Source of the DNA: Eukaryota sp. GEM-RC1
Taxonomy: Eukaryota
DNA: 64,000 bases
NCBI GenBank assembly: GCA_040285855.1
Contig: JAUFOQ010000005.1
Location: 1,178,001 to 1,242,000, forward strand
Reading direction: 5' to 3'
A program made the position numbers and the translations under genes. Below, in pieces: positions 38,693 to 50,850 of the stretch. Each line of letters opens with the position of its first letter. Position 1 is the first letter of the stretch. The notes beneath the pieces were generated by a model. That model was not told the DNA's origin, ran no database searches, and worked only from the letters and a program-made list of their open reading frames with translations.

Positions 38693-40239
38693 ATGATAAA
38701 CATCAACATCGAAAAAATCGCTATTCCAGCAACATGGACGACGATCATTCTTATTGTTATTGGTGCTTGTCTTTCTGACTTCAAAAACAATGTCATGAAG
38801 CATCCTAAAGCTTTCCAAAGACGTCGTTTTGGAAATTGGCTCTTAATGGGTATCACTTACGCTCTTTCATATTTTGGCCGCTATTCTGTGAACATCCTCA
38901 ATGTCAAAGCTATGTGGGAGAAATATGGAACATCTGAGACAGGATACGGTAACATCATTTCTGCTGCCTTTTGGGTATATGCCATTTTCATCATAGTTAA
39001 TGGTTTCTTGGTTGACAAACTAGGACCTCGTCGTGGTGTTATCATTGGTTCCCTTGGATGTGCACTTTCAAATCTTGCTGTTGGAGCATATCTCCAGTTT
39101 TCTCCCTGGAGAGGTGACAAATGGGTTCTCGGGATGGCTCTTCTAGTTTCTGTCATGAACTATTTCCAAACCTTTAGTGCATGTGCCATAGTCAAGTATC
39201 GTACATTCTTTTTACTCATTATAGATGTGGTTCATACTGGTATCACCAACGTGAACGTGGTTTCTTTGGATCAGTTTTTGGAGTTCTGATCGCCTTTGGT
39301 TTCTTCTTGGCTTTCCAAGTCAATGGAGCTCTTTCTGAGAAGGTACCCTACCAATGGCTTTTCTACAACCCCGGTATTGCTCTTTTCATCATGGGTATTG
39401 TCAATATCATATGGGTAAAATCCAAACCTACCGATATCTATGCCCTTGATGATCCCCGTATCAAGAATCTCTATGATGATACTTTCAAACCATCACTAGA
39501 TTCCGAAGATCAACGTAGTTTTGTCACTATGGTCAAACCAGTCCTAACACAGGGAATCTTCTACGTCTTCTTCCTTGCTGAATTCTTCCTCGGATGGTTT
39601 AGAGACGGTATCCTCACATGGTTCCCCGCATACTTTGAACATCTAGGTTTCCCCAAAGACTCCGCTACGTACACGTTCTCCTCCTCAGGTATCACCGTAG
39701 GTTCCATGTTTGGTTCTCTGTTTGCTGGTATCGTCTCCGATGTCTTCTTCAAGTCAAGAAGACAGCCAGTTGCTTTCATTTGTTGTATGATGGTTACTGG
39801 TCTATTTGGTGTTTTGTACTATAACATTGAATCGTCAGTATTTGGGCCACTTTCACTGGGATTCACTGCTATCTTTTACCAAGGTATCCATGGAATCCTC
39901 ACAGCTACTTGTGCTATGGACTTTGCTGGGTCAGGATCCACTGGTATTGCTGTTGGTCTTCTTGATGCCTGTCAGAAGGTCGCTGCATCACTTACTGGAA
40001 ATGTTATGCCACTGTTAATGTCTGATGGAAAAGATGCTGAAGGTCATCACATCATCAATTACAGTAAGTGGGTTATTTGTATGGCTCCCGCGTCATTTGC
40101 TTGTGGTATTCTTTTCCTTTTGATTATGGGAAGAAGAGCTACTCATGGTAAGGTTGAGAAGAAGGTGAAGACTGTAGATGATGTTACTGAGCCTCTTCTT
40201 ACTGCTGAAAGTGAAAGTGCCATTCAAAGTCACATTTAG
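38693..40239 (+). CDS. MFS transporter, GlpT/UhpC (organophosphate antiporter)-like
   Basis: Y..YFGR, GFLVDKLGPRR, WY..RERG, GIVSD..SRR.P. A 29-nt intron (39196-39224) joins the two ORFs. Confidence 0.82.
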
Positions 40240-40908
40240 TTTAGTTTTATTTATTGTTTATTTTGTTTATAAATCCAACTCTGTGGACAATTTTTCCTCC
40301 TTTTGGGATCAAATTTATATCGGCTGTTTCTGTTTGATGACTTTTTGCGTGGCGTTGGTGTAACTTTTTTCACTATCAACCTCGTGTACACAACAGATAC
40401 TGTGTTGTACTTTATATCAAAAGGCTTCATTCATTGTAGTTTAATATTCTTATGCTTCGCGAAAGTGTTGAGCTTGCCTGGCTTTTAGTATAGTAAGAAG
40501 TTGATGTTGAGGGTCGGAAATTCCAAATCACATTGATTCCATTAAAAACCAGGCGATAAATATTATTGGCCAATTTTATGGTGTTTGCTGGGAAAATGGC
40601 CATTGTTTTGGTTCAACATGTTGAGCAAGAGGGTGAAATGACAAGTTACTCTCAATCTGACTCTTCCGTACTGTGTTTCCTTTGCCGGAGGCCACATCAA
40701 GGTCCATCTTAATTCTTTCCAAAAAAAACTTTATTGCTACTACAGTTGAGAGAATGACCTTAACGGAAGAGTACAGGACAGTACTGTAGTACACACATAC
40801 TACTAATACGTTTGTTTAATCGCAATCAAGCACTATCGAATATGATCATTTAGTGTAATCTAGTTTAACTTTAGCGCATGTATATTGATCTTAAATTAGT
40901 GTTTACCA

Positions 40909-42120
40909 TCAAGAAGAAGCTCTTAAACTGGGGAATTTGAGAAGATAGTGGTCCAACTCAAATGCTTGGACATTGAAATACCGAAATATTCTTGTTGTAA
41001 ACCATAACCTATTTCCTGGCATCACGTCACCTTGTAACAGTAGCCGACAATCACAGCTTCTGCACAATCCATATTCACAATCTTTGCATTTAGCTTGACA
41101 ACGAAAGTCTTCACCAGTATTAACTACACACTTTGGAAGTAAATGACAGACTCAAATGCAGAATGTATACTGACGGTTCTTCAAATACTTGATTTGTGGT
41201 TCTATCAACACTATCAACATTTGTAAACAAATCAATAAATTGAGAGTCCTCTAACGGAAGCAGAATGAACCAAGGTGAATTATTCATGGCTAATAATAAT
41301 GATTCAGGTGTTCGTACCTCTCTTGGCCTTGCAAGATTGACAACTGGAAGCTCAGCAGCCATTTGAGAAACGGAGTATATAATATTGCAGGATAATAGCT
41401 GTCTAATATCCTCCTCGTCAAGCAGAAGTCCCTCGTGAATGGGAATTAAACTAGTTTCCACAACAAGTGAGCTGTTGTGAAAGGAATCAAATTTGATGAG
41501 CTTTCGACAATCACAATTCCTACATACACCATTTTGACATTCTTCACACGTTAATCCACACAAATCTAGATCATTTGATCTAGTTTCACACACACAAAAC
41601 TGTTCTGGATTCATAGAGATGGCGATGGGAATCAGTTCTGAATCTTCAACAGTTGAAGAATCGGAAGGTTTCACTATAACTGGTTTCACCCACAGTTTTG
41701 GAGAATGAGTACATTCAAGCATATTTCGATAAAATTGAGTTTTCGGGTTGTTGATCATTGAAGTCAATTCTTCCAAAGAACAGATCGATTTTGAAGGGCG
41801 ATCTGTAATGTAAACAGATCGCTGAACGTTCAGTTTAGGCAGGTGAGAAAGCAGATGAATCGAAGTTCTGGTTGACTTGGGAACATGGCTTCTTTTGGCT
41901 TAACTGGTTTGGCGGGTTTTGATGTCTGTAACTTATTAATTGTGTGGTTCCTTTCTACCATACAGGCCTTCACAAAGTCTACATGATCATGGCTGAGGCC
42001 AGGAATGATGTTGGATAGGAATTGCACCACTTGTTCATCAGGAACGGAAAGACAATGATGTAGAGTAACTGAAGGCAATTGAGCAAGAACCGACTGAATG
42101 TGGATATTAAGGTCAGTCAT
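40909..42120 (-). CDS. Unknown protein with two copies of a Cys-rich motif (two frame breaks)
   Basis: CGLTCEECQNGVCRNCDC and CQAKCKDCEYGLCRSCDC. Breaks near 41893-41896 and ~41130. Confidence 0.55.
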
Positions 42121-42377
42121 TACCACAGCAGAGCAATGTGCCGGCAAATTCTTAATTTGATCTTCTTCATCTGTTCGATGTTATTTTTCCACTTATTCTA
42201 GAGACAAGACACCGAGTGTTGGATGTAGTTTGGGTCTGTATTCCAGGTTAGTACTAGATCATGATGTTGATTAATCATTTTTAGAAAAGACGTACACCCC
42301 AATCATTGTCAAAACATCTTTGGGAATGTGAACACTATATGCTAGCATTCATATAAATGTGATGATTACTTATGAGT

Positions 42378-42418
42378 TTTAAAACATGTAGTTTTAAGTT
42401 AAAACTACATGTTTTAAA
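42378..42418. repeat. Perfect 20-bp inverted repeat with 1-nt spacer
   Basis: TTTAAAACATGTAGTTTTAA-G-TTAAAACTACATGTTTTAAA. Confidence 0.9.
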
Positions 42419-42643
42419 GTGGCAAAGCCCACAGTTCTTTTGCTTTGTATGAACTGTTTATTTCAGTAATGGAAACAGTGCAAGTTCAAGTGAGATAAAG
42501 GCAGAATTAGAAGTAAAAACATCCACTAGCATAAGAAGAGACATATTAATTGTTTAAGAAACTGACTGAAAGAAACAAACACTAAATAGAAATACCCCTG
42601 TGATCCATTGTACAATGGCCCTAAACGGAACAGATTCAATTTA

Positions 42644-43219
42644 TTAGAGGACGATACCGTCATACTTCTGCTTGAACCATTCAATGGCGTCTTGCTTTGA
42701 AACACGATGTCTGGTAGCGACTCTGGCCTTGGCGTGTTTACGCTTGCCAACACGATATCCAGGTCTTTGAAGAATGATATAGAAGTCCATACCATAAATA
42801 CCTGTGGATGGATCGTATTTCAAACCCAAATCAATATGTTCTTCGATACCGAAACCGAAACATCCAGTGTTAGAGAAGTTCTTGGCATAAAGTTCGTATT
42901 CCTTAACACGAAGAGCACGCTCTAGCAATTCTTCGGCGCGGCTACCTCTAACAGTGACATGAGTACCAATGGCTTCGTTTCTTCTAATACCAAATTGTCT
43001 AACAGTTAATCGAGCTAAGATGAGAAGAAAACGGGTCCAAACATTTAGTGGAAACAGCGGTTTGACCGGATAGTTGTTCCAACACTTTGACGGCACGAGA
43101 GAGACGATCGCCACCTTCTCCGACACCAATATTCATAACCAGTTTCTGAATCTGGATTTGGCGCATAGGGTTTTGCTCAGACATGGACTGAGATGAGAAG
43201 GTACATTGAGAGATACCAT
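42644..43219 (-). CDS. RPL11: 60S ribosomal protein L11 (uL5)
   Basis: [42 protein letters not shown]. Introns 43216-43188 (29 nt) and 43042-43015 (28 nt). Confidence 0.96.
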
Positions 43220-43369
43220 CGGTAGGAAATCTGAAAGAAAGGGCCAAATTTCTCTTGTCCCCCTTTGTATGTGTTGGCCTTAATACAATTTCTATTCCTT
43301 GACTGTATGACCATGCTAATGAATCGCCGACAACGATATACAACAGTATTTACATTTCTAGTTTATTTG

Positions 43370-44380
43370 TTATTCAGGACAGTCTAAGATGACAAACATA
43401 CGAGCACATGGACCAGCCATGAACATACAAACATAATTAAGATATCGTACAAAAGTAGACGGTGGGTGCATAAGTGGTTTGCGAGACTCTTCATATGTAA
43501 TTTGAGCTTCTTGCGAATCAACAGCAATGTCATCATCCACGTCTTGCTCATCCATTTGATCTGACCAAAGTTCATCTTCCTCATCACTAATTAAACTGGT
43601 TTCCTCCAATGCCGCGTCTGCGGATCGTTTCACATAAAGGCGTCTATACCAAGTGTACAACACCTTCAACAAAGTGGCCACTATAACACTGTATAATACA
43701 AGAACAATGAATAATTTCAATGAAATTCCATAGAGTAAAATTAGTTGAGGCACATAGAGTAAAGTGATTTGTTCCAAATGTTGGAAATCAAATGTAGATG
43801 GAAACTGTGGGTAGATTGTGGGATAATGCAAAACAACTCGCAGAACAAAAACTATAATTGATGATAATGAAACAATAATGTGGAAAATTCGTGATGAAAG
43901 ATGTGGTTTGATCAATATGAACAACAACCAAAAACAATGAGGCAAGAAGAAGTTGACAGTTAAAGCAAGAGTCAGAGTAGCAGAGTAAAGACTGAGATAG
44001 CAATACAAGAAACAGAAAAGTAATATACAAAAGTCTTTGAATGCAGTTATGGAAGCATAGTAAACAGTAAACGCCAAAGTCTCAATTACTAGCAAGATGA
44101 TAAAGAATAGACGAACTCCAAGTGGGATAACACTGTTATACGCTGGGATGTACCACATTGAAAGAAGAGATGTTATAGATGAGATGATAACAATGTATCT
44201 TAGAGGAATAGAAACTGAAGTGTGTCCAACACTAAAAGCACGTCGAGATATGTAATAGAAGAGAGAAGTATACAGGATAAGCGCAATAACTACCGTCCAT
44301 TGAGAGAACAACAGATGTGAAGCAACAGCGGAATCAGCAGGAATCATTAACGAAGAGAGTGAGTTTATTATTAGGGACAA
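43370..44380 (-). CDS. Multi-pass membrane protein of unknown function
   Basis: About 7 hydrophobic segments followed by an acidic tail; start uncertain. Confidence 0.55.
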   Translation of the reverse strand: MSLIINSLSSLMIPADSAVASHLLFSQWTVVIALILYTSLFYYISRRAFSVGHTSVSIPLRYIVIISSITSLLSMWYIPAYNSVIPLGVRLFFIILLVIETLAFTVYYASITAFKDFCILLFCFLYCYLSLYSATLTLALTVNFFLPHCFWLLFILIKPHLSSRIFHIIVSLSSIIVFVLRVVLHYPTIYPQFPSTFDFQHLEQITLLYVPQLILLYGISLKLFIVLVLYSVIVATLLKVLYTWYRRLYVKRSADAALEETSLISDEEDELWSDQMDEQDVDDDIAVDSQEAQITYEESRKPLMHPPSTFVRYLNYVCMFMAGPCARMFVILDCPE

Positions 44381-44638
44381 GATTTTCGAATTGTTGGCTC
44401 TTCAACATAAACAATCCAGAAAGATATCGGATAAGTACTAGTACCATTTATTAGATACCATGTTTAGTCATGTCGAGGTGTCAGCAAAAAGATCCGAACT
44501 ACACATAACCAATTAATCATACATGTGCTGAAAATGTTGCACAAAAACAGTTAACAGTCACAATGCCTGCAAAGTAGAAATATGAACATCAACTTAAAAA
44601 CAAATACAGATAAACTTAAGTCACACTAAGATACAAGT

Positions 44639-45298
44639 TTAAGACTTATACAGTTTGAGCCAAACCAAATCTGCTTCTGAACAGTGTTTGAACTCTTGGA
44701 CCTCTAAATCCAGCTCATGACAATGCTCATAAAAATCATCTCGATGACCAATAAACCTACATCGAGAATTAACAAGAAAAGCTACACCATTTCCAATTAA
44801 CTGACTAATAGCATTGCATAAATGAAAAACATTTCCATGTTGATAGACAACATCCGAACCAATAATGACACGTGAAGTACTGGGACTAAGAAGTGAAAGA
44901 AGGTGAGAGGAATCCTCTGAAGAAGTCCAATCTAGTTTGTGGATTTGGATACGTGAGCAAATGTCTTGATTTAAAGAGATGTTGTCATTCAATCGAAGTA
45001 AGATATCGTCTTCATAATCAGTGAGAAACGTTCGAGTAGAAAAGAATGAGCTAAAGATGCCAGAAATGCCAAGACCAGAACCTAATTCAATGACCTCAGT
45101 ATCAGTAAATAGAGATGAATTATTAACAATAAACTCAGAAAGTGGAGATGCTGCAACCCATGGTATATGTCCTGTTAATCCATCATAATGAGCAAAATCT
45201 TCGTTGTAGCATTTAATTCTAATAGAATATGAATCAATAGTAATTGTGCGATCCTCTAGTTCTCCATCGAAAAATAGGGAAACAAGGTTGTCCGCCAT
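44639..45298 (-). CDS. METTL21/22/23-like (Methyltransf_16) protein methyltransferase
   Basis: TG..PW, VIELGSGLG, TDY, LDW, GSDVVY (DxxY). Confidence 0.85.
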   Translation of the reverse strand: MADNLVSLFFDGELEDRTITIDSYSIRIKCYNEDFAHYDGLTGHIPWVAASPLSEFIVNNSSLFTDTEVIELGSGLGISGIFSSFFSTRTFLTDYEDDILLRLNDNISLNQDICSRIQIHKLDWTSSEDSSHLLSLLSPSTSRVIIGSDVVYQHGNVFHLCNAISQLIGNGVAFLVNSRCRFIGHRDDFYEHCHELDLEVQEFKHCSEADLVWLKLYKS

Positions 45299-45345
45299 AA
45301 GAATTGGAACTGAAAGATGAAGAAATTCTTTCGATCTCAAACAAA

Positions 45346-45735
45346 ATGACCTCCGACATTGATTCACTGTATGATGCCATAGACTCTGTTTCAGACATGT
45401 TTGTATCCACCCTGGGTCACTTATTGACTTGCATTCCACCTCTAGATTCATCGGGCGAATTTTCATCTGATACTCTTTCATCAAATGTACCAATAGCAGA
45501 GTTCTTATCTACTTTTTCTGCAAAAATCGTTTCCGAGTTCCAATCTGTTGATGAATTAATCAACAAACTTCCGGATCCTGTTCCTGAAGCCGAAATTCTG
45601 TCACTTCAAGCAGATCATGATTCTCGTCTCGCTGAATTAAACCAACTGCAAGAAGAGGCTAAACTTACTGCCAGTGACACTAAATCTTTGTTGTCAAAGT
45701 TGTCATCTGAGTTGATGAATGAGAATGCATCATAA
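45346..45735 (+). CDS. MED21: Mediator subunit 21 (Srb7)
   Basis: LYDAIDSVSDMFVSTLGHL..PP, IV....VDELINKLP, C-terminal coiled coil. Confidence 0.7.
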   Translation: MTSDIDSLYDAIDSVSDMFVSTLGHLLTCIPPLDSSGEFSSDTLSSNVPIAEFLSTFSAKIVSEFQSVDELINKLPDPVPEAEILSLQADHDSRLAELNQLQEEAKLTASDTKSLLSKLSSELMNENAS

Positions 45736-45924
45736 TGGTCATTTTATCACTTGATTTTAAGTAGGTTTATTATAAGTTGCATGAGGTTTATTGTTGTGTT
45801 TCGGTTTTTCCTATCAATCGCTACTTAATCGATCTAACTTACTCATAAGAAAACTGGAAAAACTTGGGTACAAACAACATGATCACACTATTAACGAGAA
45901 AAAAACTAAGATAAATCTAAAACA

Positions 45925-46395
45925 TCAGTCTAATTCTGGAAGTTTTGCTGAAGAGTCTGGTAAACCAATAGAAACCGCTTCCTCTGGGAATAAATCTATA
46001 AACTTTGAGATCTTTTTCCGTATGACAGATGCCGTATGTTGGTATTCATTGAGATCCATATCTCTAAACATTGCCCCAAAGTTGAGACCATGTTTCTTGA
46101 CAAGTTCTTGAACAAAAAGACGTTCTCCCTCAGGCATAATCTTAACCGGCGGAGCAGGAGGTGGAGCAGTCAAAATGTCAGTTTCCACGTCCGATGGAGT
46201 AAGAGTAGTTAAAGTAACAACTTTTTCTCTAGTTTTTACATCTGTTTCTAGACGAGGAGCTATTTGAAGTCCGAGTTTGGTCATGTTTTGTCTCATTGTC
46301 AGTTTTGGGTCATAATGTTTCTTCAACACGGGATGACGTATAGAAAGTTTTCTGGGATGTCGTTTGCGTTTAGTTTTAAGAGCAGTGGAAGTCAT
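45925..46395 (-). CDS. NOP16: Nucleolar protein 16
   Basis: YDPKLTMRQNMTKLGL; LVKKHG.NF.AMFRD.DLNEYQHT. Confidence 0.85.
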   Translation of the reverse strand: MTSTALKTKRKRHPRKLSIRHPVLKKHYDPKLTMRQNMTKLGLQIAPRLETDVKTREKVVTLTTLTPSDVETDILTAPPPAPPVKIMPEGERLFVQELVKKHGLNFGAMFRDMDLNEYQHTASVIRKKISKFIDLFPEEAVSIGLPDSSAKLPELD

Positions 46396-46505
46396 GGTGA
46401 AGGAGGTTCAAATGCAACTCGGCTAAATTGATCTGCTGTCTACTTCTAGATCAGCCACCTACACTTCCTTACACCACTTCTTTCTGTTAGTCTGTCTCTT
46501 ACCCT

Positions 46506-48572
46506 ATGTCCATAGGGTCTATACAGAAGGATATTGAACGGATTAAAGAACTTCTTGAACATCCGCGAGTTGTACGATTTCCATGTAGAACCTTTCTACT
46601 TGACACTTCATCTGTCCTATCAAACCACGTTTCTACTCTATCTGATTCTGATCAATATCCCGCATTACAAGATGTATCAATTGTACTTGCAGAACTCCTC
46701 CGTGTCCTTAATATAGTAACCACAATCACCTTCTTCCGTAAATCTCGATACTCATCCACTCTCTCCAACATATGCTCTCGTTTATTATCCTCAACTACTT
46801 CCCTCATCTCCCAACTCTCTTCTAAATCTCTCGACGTCCACTCGTCATCGCTTTCCTCCATCAATGACACACTTCAAAGGATAGGATGCGTACTTGGCTT
46901 TGAAGATTGTCTTTATCCGACTCCAAATGACCGAGTATCAGCTTTGTTTCTAGCTCATAAATACTTTAATGGGCATGGAATCTCACGTGATATTGGTAGA
47001 GCTCTCAATCTGTATTTGTCTCTTGCCAGAACTGGATGTGATGAGTCGATGATTTCAGCAGGTTTAATTTTGATTGAAGGTGAAGACGTTAAGAAAGACC
47101 CCGTTCAGGCAATCAAACTGATTGAAGAGGCAGCTTCCCTAGACAATAAGTCCGCTTTAGCTGTTCTAGGGGATTATTATTCGACGGGATTGTCGTTATG
47201 TTCTTCAAATTTCTCAAATACTCAATTAGAAGAGCTCAGTGATCACGTGAGTGGGGATCAGGTGAGTTTGATTGAGAAAAATATTAATACTGCACGTGAA
47301 ATGTATGAACGAGCTATCTTTAAAGCAAATGCTGGTCAAAATCAACCGCTCAAATCAATTTTGATTGATGATTGTGATTACTCAGTCGTCACTCAACTCT
47401 CTGAGCTCATCTACGCTCACTTCCCCAACGATTTAGCCTTGGCTTTTGACCTGATTTCCATTGCAGCTCAGCAAGATCACCCAATTGCATTAAATAACCT
47501 GGGAATGCTTCATTTTAATGGTTTTACTTCTGATGAATGGTCAATTACTCGTAATATTCCCCTTGGAGTTCGACTTTTTAAGCAATCTGCCGACTTGTGT
47601 TGTGCTTATGCTTACTTTAATCTGGGAATTATCTACGAAAACGGACTGAACGGTCTTATTGACCTGGAGTTGGCCCTTGATTACTACTCCAGATCAACAT
47701 CACGTTTACCTGCCTCTTCCAACCTATCAAAAGGTCGAATATTTGTACGACAGAAACGCTATTCCAATGCTCGTCACTCTCTTCGAATTGCTCACGACCA
47801 TGGTTCTATTGAAGCCATGTACTACCTAGGAGAACTTGCCAGGCGTGGGCTTGGTTCTCCAACTGATACTCTTACTGCCTACGAATACTTCTGCCAAGGG
47901 TCTAAGCATGGATGTTGCTATTCAATTGTTGGTAAAGGGGATCTACTATACATTGGAGTTGGAGATTATCCAAGGAGTGTTGTAGGAGCAGCACTTAGCT
48001 ATGGAGAAGCTGCTGTAATGGGTAATGCAGAGGGATGTTATAAGTTGGCTGTTTTGATTGATGAAGGAGAGTTGGGGAGAGATGAGATCAAGTCAATTAA
48101 TAAGAAGTTGGCTTTATTTAAGGATGATAATAGTGCTTCAGCTGAGTATTGGTTTATTCAAGCCGCTCTTCGTTCTCACGGTCAAGCTATGTTGTGCTTG
48201 GCTAGACATTGGCTTGATAAAGGTTCTGTCTTTATAAGTAGTGAGAGCAATGAGGAGCTGTATGATTTGTTGAAGAAGACACGTGTTCTGTTGTTAGGAG
48301 CGATGTCGTTGGAAGTTTTTGAAGCAGAAGAATGGCTGAGGAAGGTAGAGATTGACTTGAAACAAGCTTTTAACGATGAATTGGACTATACCACTGCTGT
48401 TAGGGCGAAGGAAATTGTCTATGATGATATGGTGATGTCTGTTTTGCCTGATGTTGGGTGTTTGCGCCAGGCTGAGAAGAAACCTTTGAGTTGGTTGTTA
48501 GGAGAAGATTTAGAACAAAAATTTAATTTATTTCAAAATTTGGAGGCACAGTCTCCTGTTGCCAATGTATAA
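46506..48572 (+). CDS. Sel1-like repeat protein with N-terminal helical bundle
   Basis: Multiple SLRs (ALNNLGMLHFNG, AYFNLGIIYENG, AMYYLGEL..GLG). Confidence 0.82.
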   Translation: MSIGSIQKDIERIKELLEHPRVVRFPCRTFLLDTSSVLSNHVSTLSDSDQYPALQDVSIVLAELLRVLNIVTTITFFRKSRYSSTLSNICSRLLSSTTSLISQLSSKSLDVHSSSLSSINDTLQRIGCVLGFEDCLYPTPNDRVSALFLAHKYFNGHGISRDIGRALNLYLSLARTGCDESMISAGLILIEGEDVKKDPVQAIKLIEEAASLDNKSALAVLGDYYSTGLSLCSSNFSNTQLEELSDHVSGDQVSLIEKNINTAREMYERAIFKANAGQNQPLKSILIDDCDYSVVTQLSELIYAHFPNDLALAFDLISIAAQQDHPIALNNLGMLHFNGFTSDEWSITRNIPLGVRLFKQSADLCCAYAYFNLGIIYENGLNGLIDLELALDYYSRSTSRLPASSNLSKGRIFVRQKRYSNARHSLRIAHDHGSIEAMYYLGELARRGLGSPTDTLTAYEYFCQGSKHGCCYSIVGKGDLLYIGVGDYPRSVVGAALSYGEAAVMGNAEGCYKLAVLIDEGELGRDEIKSINKKLALFKDDNSASAEYWFIQAALRSHGQAMLCLARHWLDKGSVFISSESNEELYDLLKKTRVLLLGAMSLEVFEAEEWLRKVEIDLKQAFNDELDYTTAVRAKEIVYDDMVMSVLPDVGCLRQAEKKPLSWLLGEDLEQKFNLFQNLEAQSPVANV

Positions 48573-50850
48573 ATGTACTTTAATCTTGGTTTTTCATAGC
48601 GATGTTATAATTCGAAAGTGTTCTAATTGTTGTAACAATTCATTTCGGAAAAGTACAATTTCTTCATATTGTTGGGATGGACAATTCTCAATTTCAGCTA
48701 GTTCACACAGAAGTTCGACATATGCTAGGTGAACGTTGGTTTGGTATATGTCATAGTAGTCGTTTGTGGACACGTTGTTTCTCAAGGCTCTGTATAAAAC
48801 ATAGGCAGAAACAGCAAATAGTGCCATTAATTTCAATTAAGGAAGAACACGAAGTAAACTATCTATGAAGGTTAGTATCAAAAGTTAGTACACTTGAAAC
48901 CCTTTAAAGAATGATCAATGTTGATTGATTTGAGAAGGCTTGTACTCGAGTGTCAGTGATCTGTATCCACTAGTGGAACCACTAGTGGCACATACCTCGT
49001 AAATTATTGATCTGAGGAATCTATTTATGATGATGATGATATTCAATCACAGTACATATTCTTGTTTCAGCAACACAGGTTCACGTCTTCAGTTTTCTGA
49101 GAATATAGTACTCTTAAAACTGTTTTTGAATGGTTAGACAATTTACTTCCGGTCTGCACAACTTATTTGGTTGCAATGAGGTTTTGATCTTGTTTTGGTG
49201 TTTTTAGTCAAAGATATCATGTCAATATTGCGTCATGACAAACGTAACATCGTTCAATCGTTCAACAAGATAGAGCAACATGTTTGATACAAAATTAATA
49301 GTGAAAGCTGATAATCAGAGGAGTAAATAGCCAACAATTGATTTGGAATATGACTATATTAAGTTGTACCTGCATTGTGTTCAACATACGTATATTATCC
49401 AACTACGGGTGTAATTGTGTAATTAATGTGATGACAGTGGGGTTGTTGGTGCCATGGAAAGCTATGATTTGAACTGGTCAACACTGCTAAAATGAGAATA
49501 CTACCATTTAATATATATAATTATACTACTATTTTGTAGTTTCTGATTACAGATTCTATTGTTGATCATTTGAAATCACTACCATTCCATTGTCTTCTCA
49601 GGTAATCGAGTATGAGATTCTCACCAAAAAATCCTGAAGAAGATCTGAAATACTCAATTATTTTCACCAGTTTAACAGTCTATCACTTTTTAAAACATCA
49701 TCAGACTAATACAACCCAATAAGGACGCCGTTGTTGAGTGACCAAATTAATTGAATTTCATAAAGAATTGGACAAGCTACACAATGTTTTTTCACTTCCT
49801 TTAGAAAATTGTGTTCTGAGTACGATAAAGTGTTCACTGAAATTTTTTGGTTAAGTAGGTTAACCTTTCTTTCGATGTATAGATATTATAATTCAATTTT
49901 GGGAAAGTCCTGTGGCGAAGGACAATGCCGACTGTGTCTGCTGCTTATTATTATTTTTGAAAAGACATTTATTTCACTGACTGCTCATAATCCCCGATTA
50001 CTTCTGAAACAGGTTCGAATGTAAAATTCCAATATTTGAATAAATCCACATCTATTGTAGATGATCTTGACACATGCTAGTACTTTCCGTAGCGCTTTTA
50101 CAAAAACAACAAAGATCCTGAGGTCAAAATTGTTTCCTATTTGATGATGAGCTAAATTCAAGAGAGTCTTGATGTGATTTCTGCCAATCTCAAACCAATG
50201 GCTATTATAACACGTGTTACACTCTTCACAACAATTTGTCTGAATAAGACTAATTATGAATGTCCATTGAAACAGTACCAAACAATAATTAGTCTGATTC
50301 AGAGTAATTAATGATTCAGACTAATTAATGACTGGGAAAATTAGTCTGAATCAGAGTAATTATAGATATTCATATTTAGTCTGAACAAACATCCCAAACA
50401 CAAAAACTATCTTGATCGTCATATCTTGTTATGTCTTCTTAAATGTTATGTTGTACATCAAGAACGTTGTTTACACCTTAATCAGTGGTTTAAGACCAAA
50501 GAAATTCAGAAACAGGACTGATCGGCCATCGAATTACATGTTCAAAATTGATTAGTGACCGAATTGTCTTTCAAGCAAGTGGATGACACGGGCTGTATAC
50601 GTCAATTCAACCAAAGTGTCTTGGAAGAAAAGTGAAACAAAGGACTGTATACCACAATTTGAATGAAAAATAATGGACACTCCCAAAGTAGTCAAACAAT
50701 AATTAGTGTGATTCATACTATGAGAGATCCAAGAATTTATAGAATCTAACATTGCTTTACTAGACAGAAAACATACAATAGCGGTTTTTGTAGTTTATAA
50801 ATGATAAATACAACAACAGAACAAGACTTTACTAAAATACAATTCATAAT

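Noticed and set aside
50280..50400. AGTCTGA repeats, plus similar single ends at ~22600-22740, ~57727 and ~63963
   Set aside because: They look like MITE ends, but no partner TIR or TSD was found.
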